A stretch of DNA of 64,000 nucleotides from Tubiluchus corallicola (lineage: Eukaryota; Animalia; Priapulida), in contig JAQGDQ010000006.1 of NCBI GenBank assembly GCA_030141605.1, forward strand, positions 372,001 through 436,000, read 5' to 3'. Within the stretch, counting starts at the first letter, position 1; every line of letters starts with the position of its first letter. Shown piece by piece: positions 12,723-26,649 of the stretch. Below the pieces are notes generated by a model, which searched no databases, had not been told where the DNA came from, and worked only from the letters and a program-made list of their open reading frames with translations. A program made the position numbers and the translations under genes.

Positions 12723-15700
12723 GTTAAATATACTGTATAGTTGTTATGTTTTAAAATTGAAACTGTACTAGTTTTGTCACATGTTTAACGATATTTAAAC
12801 TGACAAAATATTCTGTATGAGAAGCGTAAATAAATCATTAATCTAATTTGCAGTTATTTAAATCATTCATACGACAGTAAAGATTAAAATATACACTATG
12901 TAAAATTATTATTAATTTATAACAGTAGCCTATTAAGCATCAGTTGTTAAGGCCTAACACACCCATTACAAATCACAACATGCGTGTGCTGAACTTGAAA
13001 AAATATAAAAAACTTGATAAATTTTCTGAAAATGTGAACAACTTCCTCTTAGAAGTTCTAAATTTATACCAGAAGCTTATAATGGAAAGTGCTGCTTTGC
13101 ATGCAGGCCTTATAATGCCATTCTGTGGATGGCAGCCGATGGCTGCATGCAGAAAAGACTAGGCCTTTACGTGAATGTGTCAGTCACGCAATTTGCGTTT
13201 GATAAGTAATATACGTATACATACTGAGCAAGAACCCACAATATTAGTAGCTGACTTTCCTTGCTGATTAATTAATTCCTATTCTAGATAACTTGAAAAA
13301 ATAGTGGCTTATAAAACATTGTTCCACCTAACCTTTATTCTATCGAGGAAATATTCCTATTTTAAGTATAATAAACAGTACACGTATGGTCTCATTTGTA
13401 TGCATTTTAGAACCTAATTTAGTTTTGACTTCGTTTTTATTTAAAATGTAAAATACAAATATGATAAAGCAGCGGATTTTGTAAATACAGTACTCATAAC
13501 TTGTATTTAAAAAATTTGTTCATGTATGTATTTGACTATCTGTTGATTATACAAGTTGACATTTTAAATAACAGATTAACCTGTTAATTGTCATTTTACT
13601 GTAAATTTCACGATAAACAAGTTGCTCAATTTTTGTTAAAGTGTACGTACTTAGTATATTGTGAAATCTTGCTCTATAAATTGTAAATAATGTAGAACTC
13701 TGTAAAAACTGCTTGCCTTGTGTTTTAAAATTACATGTTGTATAGTATTATATTATTTATTTCATAAAAATAAAGCTTCGTGCAAAAATGCATGTAATGT
13801 TTATGTTTTTCTAGCAAAGCCTTTGTAGGAACATAACAAATCTACTGCCATACTGAAATTATACAAATAATAACAGCTAATATTTCAAGCGAGCGATTTG
13901 TTTATCCTGTAGTGTAATAGCTCCTATCACCTGGCATGTTATTTGATCAAATATTTTGTTCACAAAGAACTTTTAACCTGATCTAAAATCTTTGTATGTT
14001 TTGGTCAACATTTTTAGGAAGGAAACCGTCTTTATGAAACGGTGCAAGAAGTAAGTTACAGTTGCAGCAGTTGACTCTTAGTGATTTTTCCAAATTTATA
14101 TGGATAGTTATCAGAAATAAGCAAAAAATTAAAGTGCCTAGCTGTAGAACAGTTAAGTTACTAGAATGTGCTGAACTCTGCTGTTTTATAAAGAGACGAC
14201 AATTAACGAATTATAGAATTTTCATCAGATTTGCCAATGCATTTGCCTCGTCAGTGTATACAAGCTCTCTCAATGGATCTGCGACCAAAAAACTCTGAAT
14301 CGACTGAATTTGTTACTGACGAAACTGAACAATGAATCAAATTCTTCTACAGATAAACTGAAGGCCAACAGCGAATCACCTAAACTGCAAGCTACCCTAT
14401 ATAAGTCTAAACAAAGTCTGTTTTTTTAAATCACAACTTTAATCAAGTAGCAGTTCCTGCAGCAGATTACACATACAACACACCATTTTTTTACAATGAG
14501 AGCACAGTAGATTAGATTAGGCATTTTATGTTTGTTGTGACATCTAGTGTCCAGAATATTACATAGCGTAATTTGAAACAACGCATGCAGAATTAATTTA
14601 CCATCATGTTAAAAAGAAGTTTAATTTTCAAAAACGCAAATTAATTATAAACTGTAGGTATAATACATATTTTACGTGAAGAATTGAAGCATAAATGAAT
14701 TACAGTAACCACCAAAGAATGAAATAATACCTAAACACTGATGTTTAAATTTTACAGGCTGTAAACTTGCAGAAAACAGTTGGTTTAATAAAAACACGAA
14801 ACTTGTGTCAGTGTTTATTACAGGCTCGACCCTATAAGTAGTAACAATATAATACAATATAATAAAGGATTCAACATTAAAATTAGCATTGTCGTGCCAG
14901 CCAATAAATACAAAATACTTTTAAAAAATCAAAACTTGCTAATGTGCTTCTAACAGACAATACAATATTGGCACAGTATTTTACAATATTATCACTCCAA
15001 GCAAGTTTTTCTATCCAAGTTTTATGTGCCTTAGAAATTGGAAACTGTGAATGAACACCATGGACATGCATATCACTAAGTTTTCTTCGCATGTTCTTTT
15101 TGCGTTTCTGCATTAATGGATTTGGCGCACTCATTTTCGTTTTTCTGCTTTATGAAGTATGTCCGAATACATGAGTTAACAGATTGCGCCACGTCACTTC
15201 TGGCTGTTACAAATTTCTTGCTCTTGTCAATGAAATAAAAAGTTACTGCAACAGGAATTGTGCAGTGGTTATATTACCTGCATGAAAATGGCCAAATAAA
15301 TGTAACATTTGTCTTTTTCCTGGGTAAAGTAGAGTATCGTGGACAAATGTCCAGATGACACAGCAGTGACAGCACTGCATAGTCACATTTGAAATGTTTA
15401 TGCCAACTGTTACAAGATTAATTGCAGTACTGTACCATATTATAAGTAGCCAACATTGCCACAATATCCACAAATACGATTTCTAATTCACTTCTAGTTG
15501 CAAATGCAAGATATCACTGGCATATTTGTGGCATGTGACTAGATGGGCCTACTTTTTACGCATGGCTGATGACGGATCATTTGGATGGTGAAAAAATTGT
15601 ACTGGGAGCCAAAAAATTGAAAAATTAGGTCGGCATAGATGTTTCTCAGTAAAACAGATTAAATCAAAATTATAACTTTCAAACGAAAGGCTGCCTTTTC

Positions 15701-16674
15701 AAGGCCCTAATTCTGTGACTATGGCTTGCAAAATCTTCAGTTACTGACCACATCAGAAACACTGTGGACTAGTTAATCCTTTTATGTTGTGATTTTCACG
15801 TACAAATTGGTCTGTCAAGCTATGCTTTTAGATTAATCAGTATGCATCAGAAATATGCATAATATTGTGCATGTGCCAGCTAATTAATGTCTCTTTGTCA
15901 TATTTCTTAAGCTACTACATATTTGAATCGTAATGACGTTTGGTATTGTAATGATGCAGTGCAGAAAAATAAACACTTGAACTCTTAACTGCCACTCTAG
16001 CTTTTTCGCCGATGTTCTGAGACTATCACTTTTCAATCATGAACAAAAGAAATAGAAAACATAATCTCATAATTTATTTCAATACTCAAAAAATTGCCTT
16101 TAGGTTCTTCCAATGTTTGTAGCCACTGCTGAGATGGATCTCAACAAAAAATGCAGATAAAAAATAAAATTTATTCTCTACTGGCATAAATGTAGTTAAG
16201 TTTTCTTAGTCTACTCAGTCTACTGTTGTAACGGATTAATGGTTACGTAACACTGACAAAAGCAAACTATTAGGTATTTAAAAAAACTAATGTTATCCTA
16301 AATTTTCTTGTCAAAAAAAGAAAAAACAACTGCCTGGTCAACAATTGAATTATGTACACTTGAAAAGGTACTACCAAAAAAGTAACATGTCATTAAACGT
16401 TAAAACAGATGTCCATTCATTACTGTAATTTCTAAAAAAAGTTTAACAATGGTGATGCATGCACAAATAAAGACTTTGATGCAACACAAAGTGCAAAATA
16501 AAACTTTTGAAAATCAAAGTTGCACATGTATACTTAGTAAAAAAACACCGATCATTTCGTTTAGCTGATACAATGTGAAGTATTATGTGACTTCATATTA
16601 TGATGTTCTTAAAACTTACTGGTGTCTGTCTTTTGCTCAATTTGGCTTAAATTTATTGTAGCAAAAGTTTAGAC

Positions 16675-17316
16675 CTATTTAAATTGCTGCAATGTGACTT
16701 GAAAACTCATTCCATCACCTCTTGTTGCTTCTTGGTTAATCTGTTTATGCCTTTCTTTACTCACAATTTCTTCAATAATCTCCCCACTGCCCCTGACAAG
16801 TCGATGACGTTTTGTATCTTCATCATATACTCGTCGTATCACACTTTGCTGCTTTTCATATTCTTCTTTTGTCATAGGACCTAATAGTCTCTTTGGGGCA
16901 TTTTTATTTACATTGGATAATTCAACAGAAATATTTTGATCATTATTTGAGAGTTCTTTGTCAGGTTCTCTTTTCTTAGTTTTCCCTTCAGAAGTCTCTG
17001 AATGCATTCGTTTTCTCTTTTTATTCTTATGCTTTGTTTTTTTCTTGATTTTCGCCAATTCACAACCACCGGCATCATCCAAAGAGTCACTGGAGCTACT
17101 GCTACTACTAATACAGGGTCGCTTTAGGTGTTTTCTCTTTTTCTTTTTTGAATGTGACTTGTGCTTGTCCTTGCTTTTTTTTCTAAGGCTGCTATTACGC
17201 ATTTTGGTTAAACAGAGATCTTGTTTGGGCAGTTCTCCTGCTAGCTTTGATGTAGCTTCGATGCCTTTGCTGATATTGAAATAATTTTTTTCCTGACTGT
17301 TTATTCCAGATTCCAT
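16675..17316 (-). CDS. ARL6IP4: ADP-ribosylation factor-like 6-interacting protein 4 (SR-25 family), single coding exon, 213 aa
   Basis: Lys/Ser-rich N-half, then [56 protein letters not shown], the conserved SR-25 C-terminus. Acceptor near 17377; candidate 5' UTR donor near 19797. Confidence 0.92.
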   Translation of the reverse strand: MESGINSQEKNYFNISKGIEATSKLAGELPKQDLCLTKMRNSSLRKKSKDKHKSHSKKKKRKHLKRPCISSSSSSSDSLDDAGGCELAKIKKKTKHKNKKRKRMHSETSEGKTKKREPDKELSNNDQNISVELSNVNKNAPKRLLGPMTKEEYEKQQSVIRRVYDEDTKRHRLVRGSGEIIEEIVSKERHKQINQEATRGDGMSFQVTLQQFK

Positions 17317-20252
17317 ACTGCTGCTGATGTCATAATGTCAGTGGTCTATTTTTAGATTCCAGTGAGCAGTGTCACCTTAAAAAAAAACTAATATACTTAA
17401 TCACCAATTAATTTCATAGTTAAAAGGCACAGCAAAGTAATATTGCATGCTGTTAAAGAAAATAAAGATTTTGCTAGAAAACCCTAAAGAAGTGACAGTC
17501 GCATATGCTAATTACATTAAATCTTTTGAAAAATAACTAACTGAACAGGTTCAACAACTACAAAAAATACTTTTGTCAAACAGATTTCAAATAATTTCTG
17601 TAGTGTTGAGAAATTGTAAACCAAGCAACCATCTGATTTTTAAATTACTGTTACTCCCATTACTTTTTAGACAGATAAGAGAGCAGATAGAGAAAAGAGT
17701 AAACATTTATTTATGCCTTCATTATCCAACGAAACTCTTAAATTTACTGCTTTAGTGCATCTTTTTTTAAAATACTAGTCAGTCTATAACGGTTTTCAAA
17801 AGCACTCATCAAATTCCTTTCAAGCAGTATGGACGTTTTTACCAGGCAAATGCAATTTAATAAACTAAATTCTAAAAAGTTTATTTCTTCCTCACACAAG
17901 TCAAAGTAAGTGAACCTCTGGTACGCCAGTAATCAGGCTAAATTAATTCATGAGTTAAATCATTGTTGTCGTTGCTTTGATTCATAACACAAGTCCTCAA
18001 ACAAGCAAGCTGCACTTGTTGACTCCAAATGCTCCAATCTGTTGCTGCTTCCACAAATGTACCGTCTATTTGCGTTTTGATGTGTTTGCGAAATCCTTTT
18101 GCCTTACATCTATATACATCAGTAGCTGATCCCTTCTCAGTTTTTGCTCATTTGACAGCTTTGTGTAACTTGACAGAATGCTATGACAAAAGGAGATTCC
18201 TGAGGCATTCGTAGCACATCCATTTCAGTGCAATCTTCTTATTTGGATTTGCTTGCTCCAGGGTCCTCCGGAGACACCTTTGAAAATCACTTAATTATTT
18301 CCTTATGTTGTTTAGCTTTTACTGTCCACAGTTCAACATTATACAAAAATACAGGTTTAACTAAGACTAAAAATTGGTAAGAACTGAATGTACTTTCAAG
18401 AAAAAATATTACTTTGTCAAATGGTACATTCTTTTGCTATTCTCCATGAGGAAGTATCTTTCAAAATTAGAGACGTTCCATTGAGGTCTTTTTGTGTGAA
18501 ACCCAGCATTGTGAGCAATCTACCTCTGTAAGGCTCCTTTGGTGGTTGAATTGATTCACTGAGAGCTTTAATAAGTGGATTGTTCCAGTTAGATAAGTAG
18601 AATGTATATAAAAATGACACAGGAAAAAAATGGCACACTTAGTAATATAGGTGCTTAGGGTTAGGGTTACAGTGGAGTATAATTATTTTAGTTATTTCTC
18701 TGTCAGTTATCCTCTGCCAAGGAAGTTATGCTTAAACACGGTTTGCGTGTTTGTTTGTCTGTTTGTTTGGTTGTCTTAGTCTGTTATGGCAGTAAGCTTA
18801 TTACGCAAAAACTATCTAACAGACTTCCAAGATCCCGACTAGTTCACAGTTTTTCTGTGTCTGCTTTCTCCAACTCATTAAGGGGCAATGGGTAATAATT
18901 GGTATAATAAATCGTAATGGTTTATAAAAATTCTGGCAATCACAGTCATATTTAATTTATGATATCCAAGAAACTTTGTGAAGAAAGGTGGGTATAGAAT
19001 GCCAAAATGGGAATCTTTTCTTTTTTTACAAAATTTGACCGAACACCACATACAAAAAACGTTTGCCAAGCACTTCATAGAGGTTTCAGAGAGAGAGAGT
19101 GTGTTTAGTACCGCTTTTTTATTATCTCCACCTGGACATATAAGTATGAGTTAGTTCCAGGTTCCATTTCGATAAAATCTTGTTTGTAAAACTGTGTAAC
19201 GCTGTCTATGACCTTTGCTTATGTGTATGTGTATGCTATGTGTATAGCCCTATAAGGTGGCTTGGTATGTATAAGTTTGTCAGCCTATTATCACTGCCAA
19301 AATAAATGGTGAAAAGGTAGATGAACACTGTGTAGAACATTCGTGCATTATTGACTATAAATCCATTTAACGGGCAAATATTTTGTGAGTCCTTTGCTAG
19401 TTTATATAATACCAATACATATACATTTTTTTGTTTGCTTGTTTATCTTTGCGTTAAATTTTTTGAATCAAAAGAATCAGACAAATAAGATTAAAATTGT
19501 TTGGCTTTGGCAGAGATCTGCTTTCTACTGAATGCATTCTAGTTTTATTATAGAAACCAATTGCATCAAAATAACATAATAATCATGTGCCATTTCTTCC
19601 TACTTTTCCATTTGTGCCATTTTTACCGCGCACCGTCCCGGTAATCGCAAAGCATCACCCACCCAGTTGTCTTCTGCGTTTTATCGTCCTGGTCCATTTT
19701 TCTCCCTTGACTTTGTAGTACACATCTTTGTTACTTATAACTTTTAGTAATTTTATTTGTAATAATGATCAGTATAAACGTCGTTGAAAAGCACTACCTT
19801 CGTTTCTATCAGCAGTATCCAATAGGGGAAATTGCTACGAATCCTCGAATTCCTGGCCTCGCCGCGAAGATTGCGTGACTTTCTTAATTCTTGCCGTCGG
19901 GATCGAGCATGTCGGGAGCTAAGAGGTAGGACTATTAAGTAGGGCACTAGCCGAAGTAAGACAATTGCTGTACATGGGTTACCCCAAGTAGGACGCGTCG
20001 TACATGGGCTGCCCAAGTAGAACACTAGAGACAGGTCATAAATTGAATCGTTAACTGTAGTAGGCTGCATCCGTTGTCTTTGTTTATTTGTTAATAATAT
20101 TGAAAATGTCAATACACTGAATAATTTATTATACATCCGATAAAATAAAAGAATCTTATTCTGAGTTAACGAACGAGCAACATTAAATTTGGCTTCGATA
20201 TTAATCTTTTTGGATTGAAATAAGCCCGCTTTTTAGGCGATTCCAGCATTTG

Positions 20253-20616
20253 GTTAAGGTATGTCATTTTTTATTTTGCCTCGCTTCATAAAAAGGTGAT
20301 CCGTTTCACTACGTGAACAAAGAGAACAAACTGCCTGTTTTTTATCTTGCAAACTGACACTCTTTATTGATGTCAATTTGCTCACCAATATGGCGAACAG
20401 GGTCGTGTGCATCCACGGTATGATGCCAAACTGACTCAGTCAACAAACAATTTTTAATAAAATGAAGAAACTTTCACAAAATTTTTAAAAATTTGACAAA
20501 ATCCTTGATGTAAAGTTAAAAGAGTGAGAGAAATCGCCAGTGCCCTACTTAGGCTGCCCAGCGCGTACGCTTTAGTGCAAGTATCCTACTTAGCTAGTGG
20601 CGTGCTCGGCACCTTA
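20253..20616. mobile_element. Non-autonomous DNA element (TTAAGGT...ACCTTA ends); diverged copy at about 30323-30720
   Basis: Blocks ttaaggtaYgtcattttttattttgcct and aagttaaaagagt.agWgaaatc are shared by both copies. Confidence 0.5.
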
Positions 20617-20899
20617 CAGGGCAGATTTATTTTATTTTAGAGTACTGCCTGCCCAATGTCTATAACAGACGTAACAGGCATATGTATGTAAAGAACCCAA
20701 AACTGGGTTATATCATACACTCAATATCTAAACAAACTTTTTCGGGTGCTTGCACTTTAACTACAATGATTGTAATGATTTGGTACACATACATAGAGTA
20801 AAAATAAAGGCATCTATAACTAAGGGTACTAGTATCATGCTGTAGAAAAACTCAGTGTTTGCAGACATGTTTCTCTTGAATCCAATCTATATTTTCTTC

Positions 20900-21189
20900 T
20901 TCAATTGCATTAACATACGTGTGGATGGCCCCTTTAAACTAATTAACTGTAATTGCTTCGATAGCTTTTTGAGGTAAACCATTTGCACAAGTCAATTATC
21001 CTAGGGCTGAAAAAATATTTTCTTAAATAAAGCTTTGCTCTTTTCTTGTACAGTTGTAACTGGTGTCCTCGCATCATCTTTTCGTGACTCTTAAATGTGA
21101 AGAAGTTTCCAACATCCACATCATCAGTTCCTTTGATGATTTTGAAAACTTGTATCAGATCAGCACGTGTCCTTCTAATTAATAGTGTA
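20900..21189 (-). mobile_element. CR1-clade LINE ORF2 3' fragment (left part of a copy split by a Helitron)
   Basis: RRTRADLIQVFKIIKG..FF..RGHQLQLYK..LRKYFFSPRII is a CR1 RT C-terminal signature. Confidence 0.8.
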
Positions 21190-23947
21190 CTAGCAAAGGC
21201 CCCGCAAAAGATTTTGCGTATAAATACACGTGTAATCAATAATACGCGAACATTCTACCTAGTACTCATTTATAACACAAAGCCCGTAACATCCTGCCTA
21301 CTGTTTGTTTACTTTGCCTGTAGCTTTTTGCTGAATTAAAGCTATAAGATTATAGACAGAGTACAATGGATGACGTCACTACAATGGCTTTGCGTCAGCA
21401 GTTTTCTAAGTGAAAATTGTCGAAAATAGAACATCCAATTAACTCGTCGGTACTCCTCTCGGTGGACCTGCCCTAAAATATAGCCCACATCATCGTGTAG
21501 CCCCGTTCTTTCTCTTTGTAAAGAGCTATATATCTCCTTCCGAGAGTCCCACCAGGCGCCGCTAGAACGTTTTTTCCGCATGCTGTTTAATCAGAATTTC
21601 GAAAAAATCGCGAGTTGGGTCCGGAAAAACGCCCGTTGCGGGGCGCCGTGGCCCTCTCGCGAATTCTAAATAGGCCTATGACACCCATCGCTGAACGGGC
21701 TATCTATCCATACCCAGCACCACCCTCGGCCCATTCCCGTTCTCTACATCTCAGGCGTATAACTTTTGCAAAAAACGGCCGAAAAATGGCCATTTTTGGA
21801 GGTTTTTCGCCCCCCGTTCCTCGCGGTGGGCCCGATTCGAAAAATAAACCCCCAATGAGACGACACTAGATCGAGACCTTTCGTTTGATATATAGATCGC
21901 CGCAAATGGTGCCGTCGTCTGGGCTGTAGCCTCGAATCTTATATATAAATAAATATATTAAGATACCAAGAATATTAATATAAGAGACTAGCCAAACCCC
22001 ACAAAAAGAATTTTGTGCACAAATCAACACAAAACCCACACCACACCACTCCACCTCATCACACCACACTGCACCACACCATACCACTCCACCACATCAC
22101 ACTGCACAGCACCACACCATAACACCACACTGCACCACACCACCCACCCACCACACCACCCACACCACACCATACCACCTACACACCACACAACCCACAC
22201 CATACCACTCCACCACATCACACCACACTGCACCACACCATACCACTGCACCACCCACACACCACACCACACCACCCACACCATAATACTCCACCACATC
22301 ACACCGCACAGCACCACACCATAACACCACACTGCACCACACCACACAGCACCACACCATAACACCACACTGCACCACACCACCCACCCACCTACACACC
22401 ACACCGCACCACACCATACCGCTGCAGCACACCGCACCACCCACACACCACACCACACCACCCACACCATACGACTCCACCACATCACACCACACTGCAC
22501 CACACCATACCACTGCACCGCACCACCCACACACCACACCACACCACCCACACCATAATACTCCACACCATAACACCACACTGCACCACACCACCCACCC
22601 ACTACACACCACACCATACCACTCCACCACATCACACCGCACCACAACATACCACTGCAGCACACCGCACGACCCACATACCACACCACACCAACCACAC
22701 CATACGACTCCACCACATCACACCACACTGCAGCACACCATACCACTGCACCACACCGCACCACCCACACACCACACCACCCACACCATAATACTCCACC
22801 ACATCACACCGCACTGCACCACACCATAACACCACACCGCACCACAACACCCACCCACCCACACACCACGCCACCCACTCCATACCACACTACCCACACC
22901 ACACCCCACACACCCTATCACCCCACCACACCATCCATAGCACAACACACAAAGCACACCACCACCACACCACATCAAATCCACCACCTCACGTGGTGAT
23001 CATGATGTTGATGATGATGATGATGGTGGCAACGATGACAACACCTATAGCACAAGCACCAACAGCACAGCATTACAACAAAACCATTCCAAACATTTTT
23101 CACAAAGTTGAAACTATGTGCTATAATATAATAAATAGCAAAGGCCCCGCAAAAGATTGCGTATAAATACACGTGTAATCAATAATACGCGAACATCCTA
23201 CCTAGTCCACATTTATAACACAAAGCCCGTAACATCGTGTCTACTGTTTGTTTACTTTGCCTGTAGCAGCTTTTTGCTGAATTAAAGTTATAAGATTACA
23301 GCAGAGTACAATGGATGACGTCACAACAATGCCTTTGCGTCAGCAGTTTTCTAAGCGAAAATTGCCGAAAATAGAACATCCAATTAACTCGTCGGTACTC
23401 CTCTCGGTGGACCTGCCCTAAAATATAGCCCACATCATCGTGTAGCCCTGTTCTTCCTCTTTCTAAAGAGCTGCATATCTCCTTCCGAGAGTCCCACCAG
23501 GCGCCGCTAGAACGTTTTTCCCGCAGGCTGTTTGATCAAAATTTCGAAAAAATCGCGTGTTGGGTCCGCGAAAACGCCCGTTGCGGGACCCCGTGGCCCT
23601 CTTGGGAATTCTAAATAGGCCTATGACACCCACCGCTGAACGGGCTATCTATCCATACCCAGCACCCCCCTCGGCCCGTTCCCGTTCTCTACATCTCAGC
23701 CGTATAACTTTTGCAAAAAACGGCCGAAAAATGGCCATTTTTGGAGGTTTTTCGCCCCCCGTTCCTCCCGGTGGGCCCGATTCGAAAAATAAACCATCAA
23801 TGGCACGACACTAGATCGAGACCTTTCGTTTGATATATAGATCGCCGCAAATGGTGCCCTCGTCCGGGCTGTAGCCTCGAATCTTATATATAAATAAATA
23901 AATATATATATATATATATATACCAAGAATATTAATATAATAGTAGA
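21190..23947 (-). mobile_element. Composite non-autonomous Helitron: two ~800-bp direct copies flanking a captured minisatellite
   Basis: On the minus strand it starts TC (23947) after a host A and ends CTAG (21190) before a host T; hairpin CGCAAAA-GA-TTTTGCG at 21203-21218; copies 21190-21987 and ~23135-23947 are near-identical. Confidence 0.8.
22024..22990. repeat. CAC/CCACA-rich degenerate minisatellite (GTG/TGG on the minus strand)
   Basis: About 1 kb made almost only of C and A, with recurring ccacaccataccactccaccacatcacacc units; source of the V/W/C/G and H/T/P junk ORFs. Confidence 0.95.
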
Positions 23948-24120
23948 TGCAGACTTAGACGGTTAAGTCGCTGACAATATGGAACATTCTTTAACCCTTC
24001 AATCATTTTTGTAGCTCTTGTTTGGACACCCTTGATCAAACATACGTATTTAATAAAGTACGGATTCCAGACAGTACTGGCATATTGGTTTGGTAGCTTA
24101 TTAGACACTGATGCCAACAT
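23948..24120 (-). mobile_element. CR1-clade LINE ORF2 fragment (right part of the split copy)
   Basis: YASTVWNPY..VQTRATKMIEGL..Y..RL.RLSLH; joins the fragment ending at 21189 in frame once the Helitron is removed. Confidence 0.8.
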
Positions 24121-24299
24121 GCAAAGATGGAAAATTCTAGAAATGTCTGCTTATTCAGATCTCACAGCAGTTTTTGAAAACAATAGACTTTTTCTTGAAA
24201 CCAAAGACCGGATCCTTTCAACTTTAATATAATCTTTTATTTATTTTGCAATACACGCACAGTTATAATACAAATAATAATTTGAAATAACCTAGACTC

Positions 24300-24600
24300 T
24301 TCCTTATTTCAATGAATTAAATGTCTATATGTCTGCATACATTATTAACTATAAGGACGCAGCCTACGCTTGCTGATTTAATACAAGCTTTCAATGTTAT
24401 TAAAGGAATTCATGATGTGGATGTTGGAAACTTCTTCACATTTATGAACAATGGGAGGATGATGCGAGAACGCCAGTAAAAACTGTACAAGAAAAGAGCA
24501 AAGCTGGATTTAACTCATTTAAGAAAATGTGTTTTAAATCATAGGATAATTGATCTGTTGAATGGTCTACTGTAAGACTATACAAGGGAAACATCTTAGA
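24300..24600 (+). mobile_element. Second, inverted CR1 fragment of the same family
   Basis: gatgtggatgttggaaacttcttcacattta and ctgtacaagaaaagagcaaagct are reverse complements of sequence at about 21030-21125. Confidence 0.75.
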
Positions 24601-24789
24601 AATGTCATATTTAATTGTACAGGCTTGAAATCTGATGTAAAGCAAACACATATTGCAACAGACACAAAACTGACATAGCTGCTGTTGAAGAAACGCACTT
24701 AATTGGGTCTGAACATGCACAAAATTTGCTTTTTACTATGTACAGTAATATAAAGATGGCGGCATAACTTCTAGTTCTTACTCAGTTAA

Positions 24790-25490
24790 TTTGTTATGGT
24801 TTGATATAAGCAAGACTTTTGATGCTGTTAATAGAGGAATACTATAATTTGACGATTTGAAATCAGCCCTAAATTATTAAAAAAATATCTCACAGCCAGC
24901 AACACAAAAAATGACAAATATAACATTTCATGATGGAGATCTATACTCGAAGCTTTGCAAATACATGGAATCACTACTTAACACAGAAGATGGTATCAAA
25001 ACTAGGAAACAGCAGGCAATTTATGATTTTATCCGAAATAAATCAGTTTTTGCAAGAAACTATGCCTCAAAACAGGGCCGTGACTCTTCAATCCATATGC
25101 AGCTAGTATCTTCATGTATAATAATGAAATGTGGGATTTGACTGCAATGTGCGAAACAGAAATAGATAATTCCACAGAGGTCTACTTGGAAGAATCTTAA
25201 AAATAAAATGGCTGTATGTCATTTCAAATTAGTATAACAGTATATACAAGCTGTATAACAGAACCAAAGAGAAACTTATAGCACTAAAATAGAATCACAA
25301 GGTTAAGATGGATAGGACACTAATGAGATTGCCAGAAACAACACCTTTAAGATCAGCAAAACAAATTGGATGTAAAGGATTAATAAAGATTTATAATTGC
25401 TGAGACCAAACTTAACAATAACGTCACAAGAGTTGAAAATTTTAGCTGCAGGCAGGAGTCAGTGGAGTACTCTGATAAGGGATGAAGGCT
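24790..25490 (+). mobile_element. Degenerate RTE-like LINE relic
   Basis: DISKTFDAVNRGIL near 24802 and RLRWIGH..MRLPETTP near 25300; many stops. Confidence 0.5.
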
Positions 25491-26649
25491 GATTGTCTAG
25501 TATAGATGTTTAAAACAACAAAAGAAATATTGTTAGGAGCTATTTAGCACACGTATACCGCAGTGTACAGTATTTGGTTTATATATAACGCATGCAGTAC
25601 CTGGGCTGGCTGAAGTGGTGTACGTGGTACGTGAGCTGCCAAAATAATGACATAAGAAGCTGAAGCTTTTAAAAACTCTTTAAATGCCATAAATGAAACC
25701 TTAATGGTCATTTTTCTGCCTTATTTAGTAATAATAAATTAAGTAATAAAATAGTAGTATAGTTTCTTAAATTTAAGTTTTAAATTTATTAAAATTATTA
25801 ATATTACCTTATTTATAAAAGCTGAGCCATTACGACCAACAATATTTGCTTTTCCGAGCTAATCTTATTATAAATTCTCCCGCTCTTTTGTTCTAATTAT
25901 AAGCAATAATAATAGCATTTTGTTCAGCATTCTTTTTAAATTTTGGCTCATAAGAGGTTATTGAGATATGTAGGCAGGTATATGTGAGATGTTCCTTTTC
26001 GTGAATTTTTTTCTCTGCAGTGTACTATACCAGCAACTTGCAGACTATTTTTTATTCATAGGCAGCTTTACTCACATTTGTTTTTAAATCAGGAACAGTT
26101 GCTGTAATCTCACTTTTCGTTTTGTCAGCAGGAATACTAATAGAACGAAATATACTTATCTACTTTATTCTGTTATAATTTATTCTTATTAATAAAAAAT
26201 AAAAAATGTTACAGTATTATCATTTTTTAGGTGATAGACAAAGTAAATAATTCACGTTCTTAGCACATTGAATAGTACGTACAATGTAGATACAGGCAAA
26301 ACAACATTGAATCTGTTCAAATGCCACAATTAACATTTTACAAAGAGATATAAAAAGCCTAAAATTTTGATTAATTATAATTATTTTCACGTCTAACGAA
26401 TCAGTTTATCTGAGGATTAGACATTGGTTGTCTACTAAAGGGAGTTGTTATTTAGCATGAACTGGTCCCGAAAACTGCTGGGCACACACATCACAACAAA
26501 GGCAAAGCGATAAACTAACATACTTGACATGAATAATTGACTAAAACTGTTATGTTCATTTGTTTATTATGTTTTATGTTTAGGTTGTGATCATCAGAGT
26601 CATCAGTGATGCGGAGGTGAAGCTAGTAGTTAACTGCTAATGGTAAATT

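Noticed and set aside
16684-17284. Plus-strand hydrophobic ORFs overlapping ARL6IP4 (similar shadows overlap KLHL10)
   Set aside because: Antisense shadows of real coding sequence.
18655-18669. TTAGGGTTAGGGTTA telomeric repeat
   Set aside because: Only about 2.5 units, internal; common in interspersed repeats and not evidence of a telomere or a fusion.
22013-23172. Long V/W/C/G-rich and H/T/P-rich ORFs (up to 248 aa), including a poly-His ORF
   Set aside because: By-products of the CAC/GTG minisatellite, open in several frames because the repeat lacks stop codons.
21615-23814. Duplicated 84-85 aa ORFs (MGPEKRPLRG.. / MLGPRKRPLR..)
   Set aside because: They lie inside the non-autonomous Helitron copies, use non-ATG starts and show no recognisable domain.
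21180-23944. LTR/TRIM interpretation with an apparent 7-bp TSD (taatagt at 21180-21186 and 23938-23944)
   Set aside because: No TG..CA ends, PBS or PPT; the TC/CTAG ends, hairpins and the empty-site paralogue at 24331 fit a Helitron inserted at A^T.
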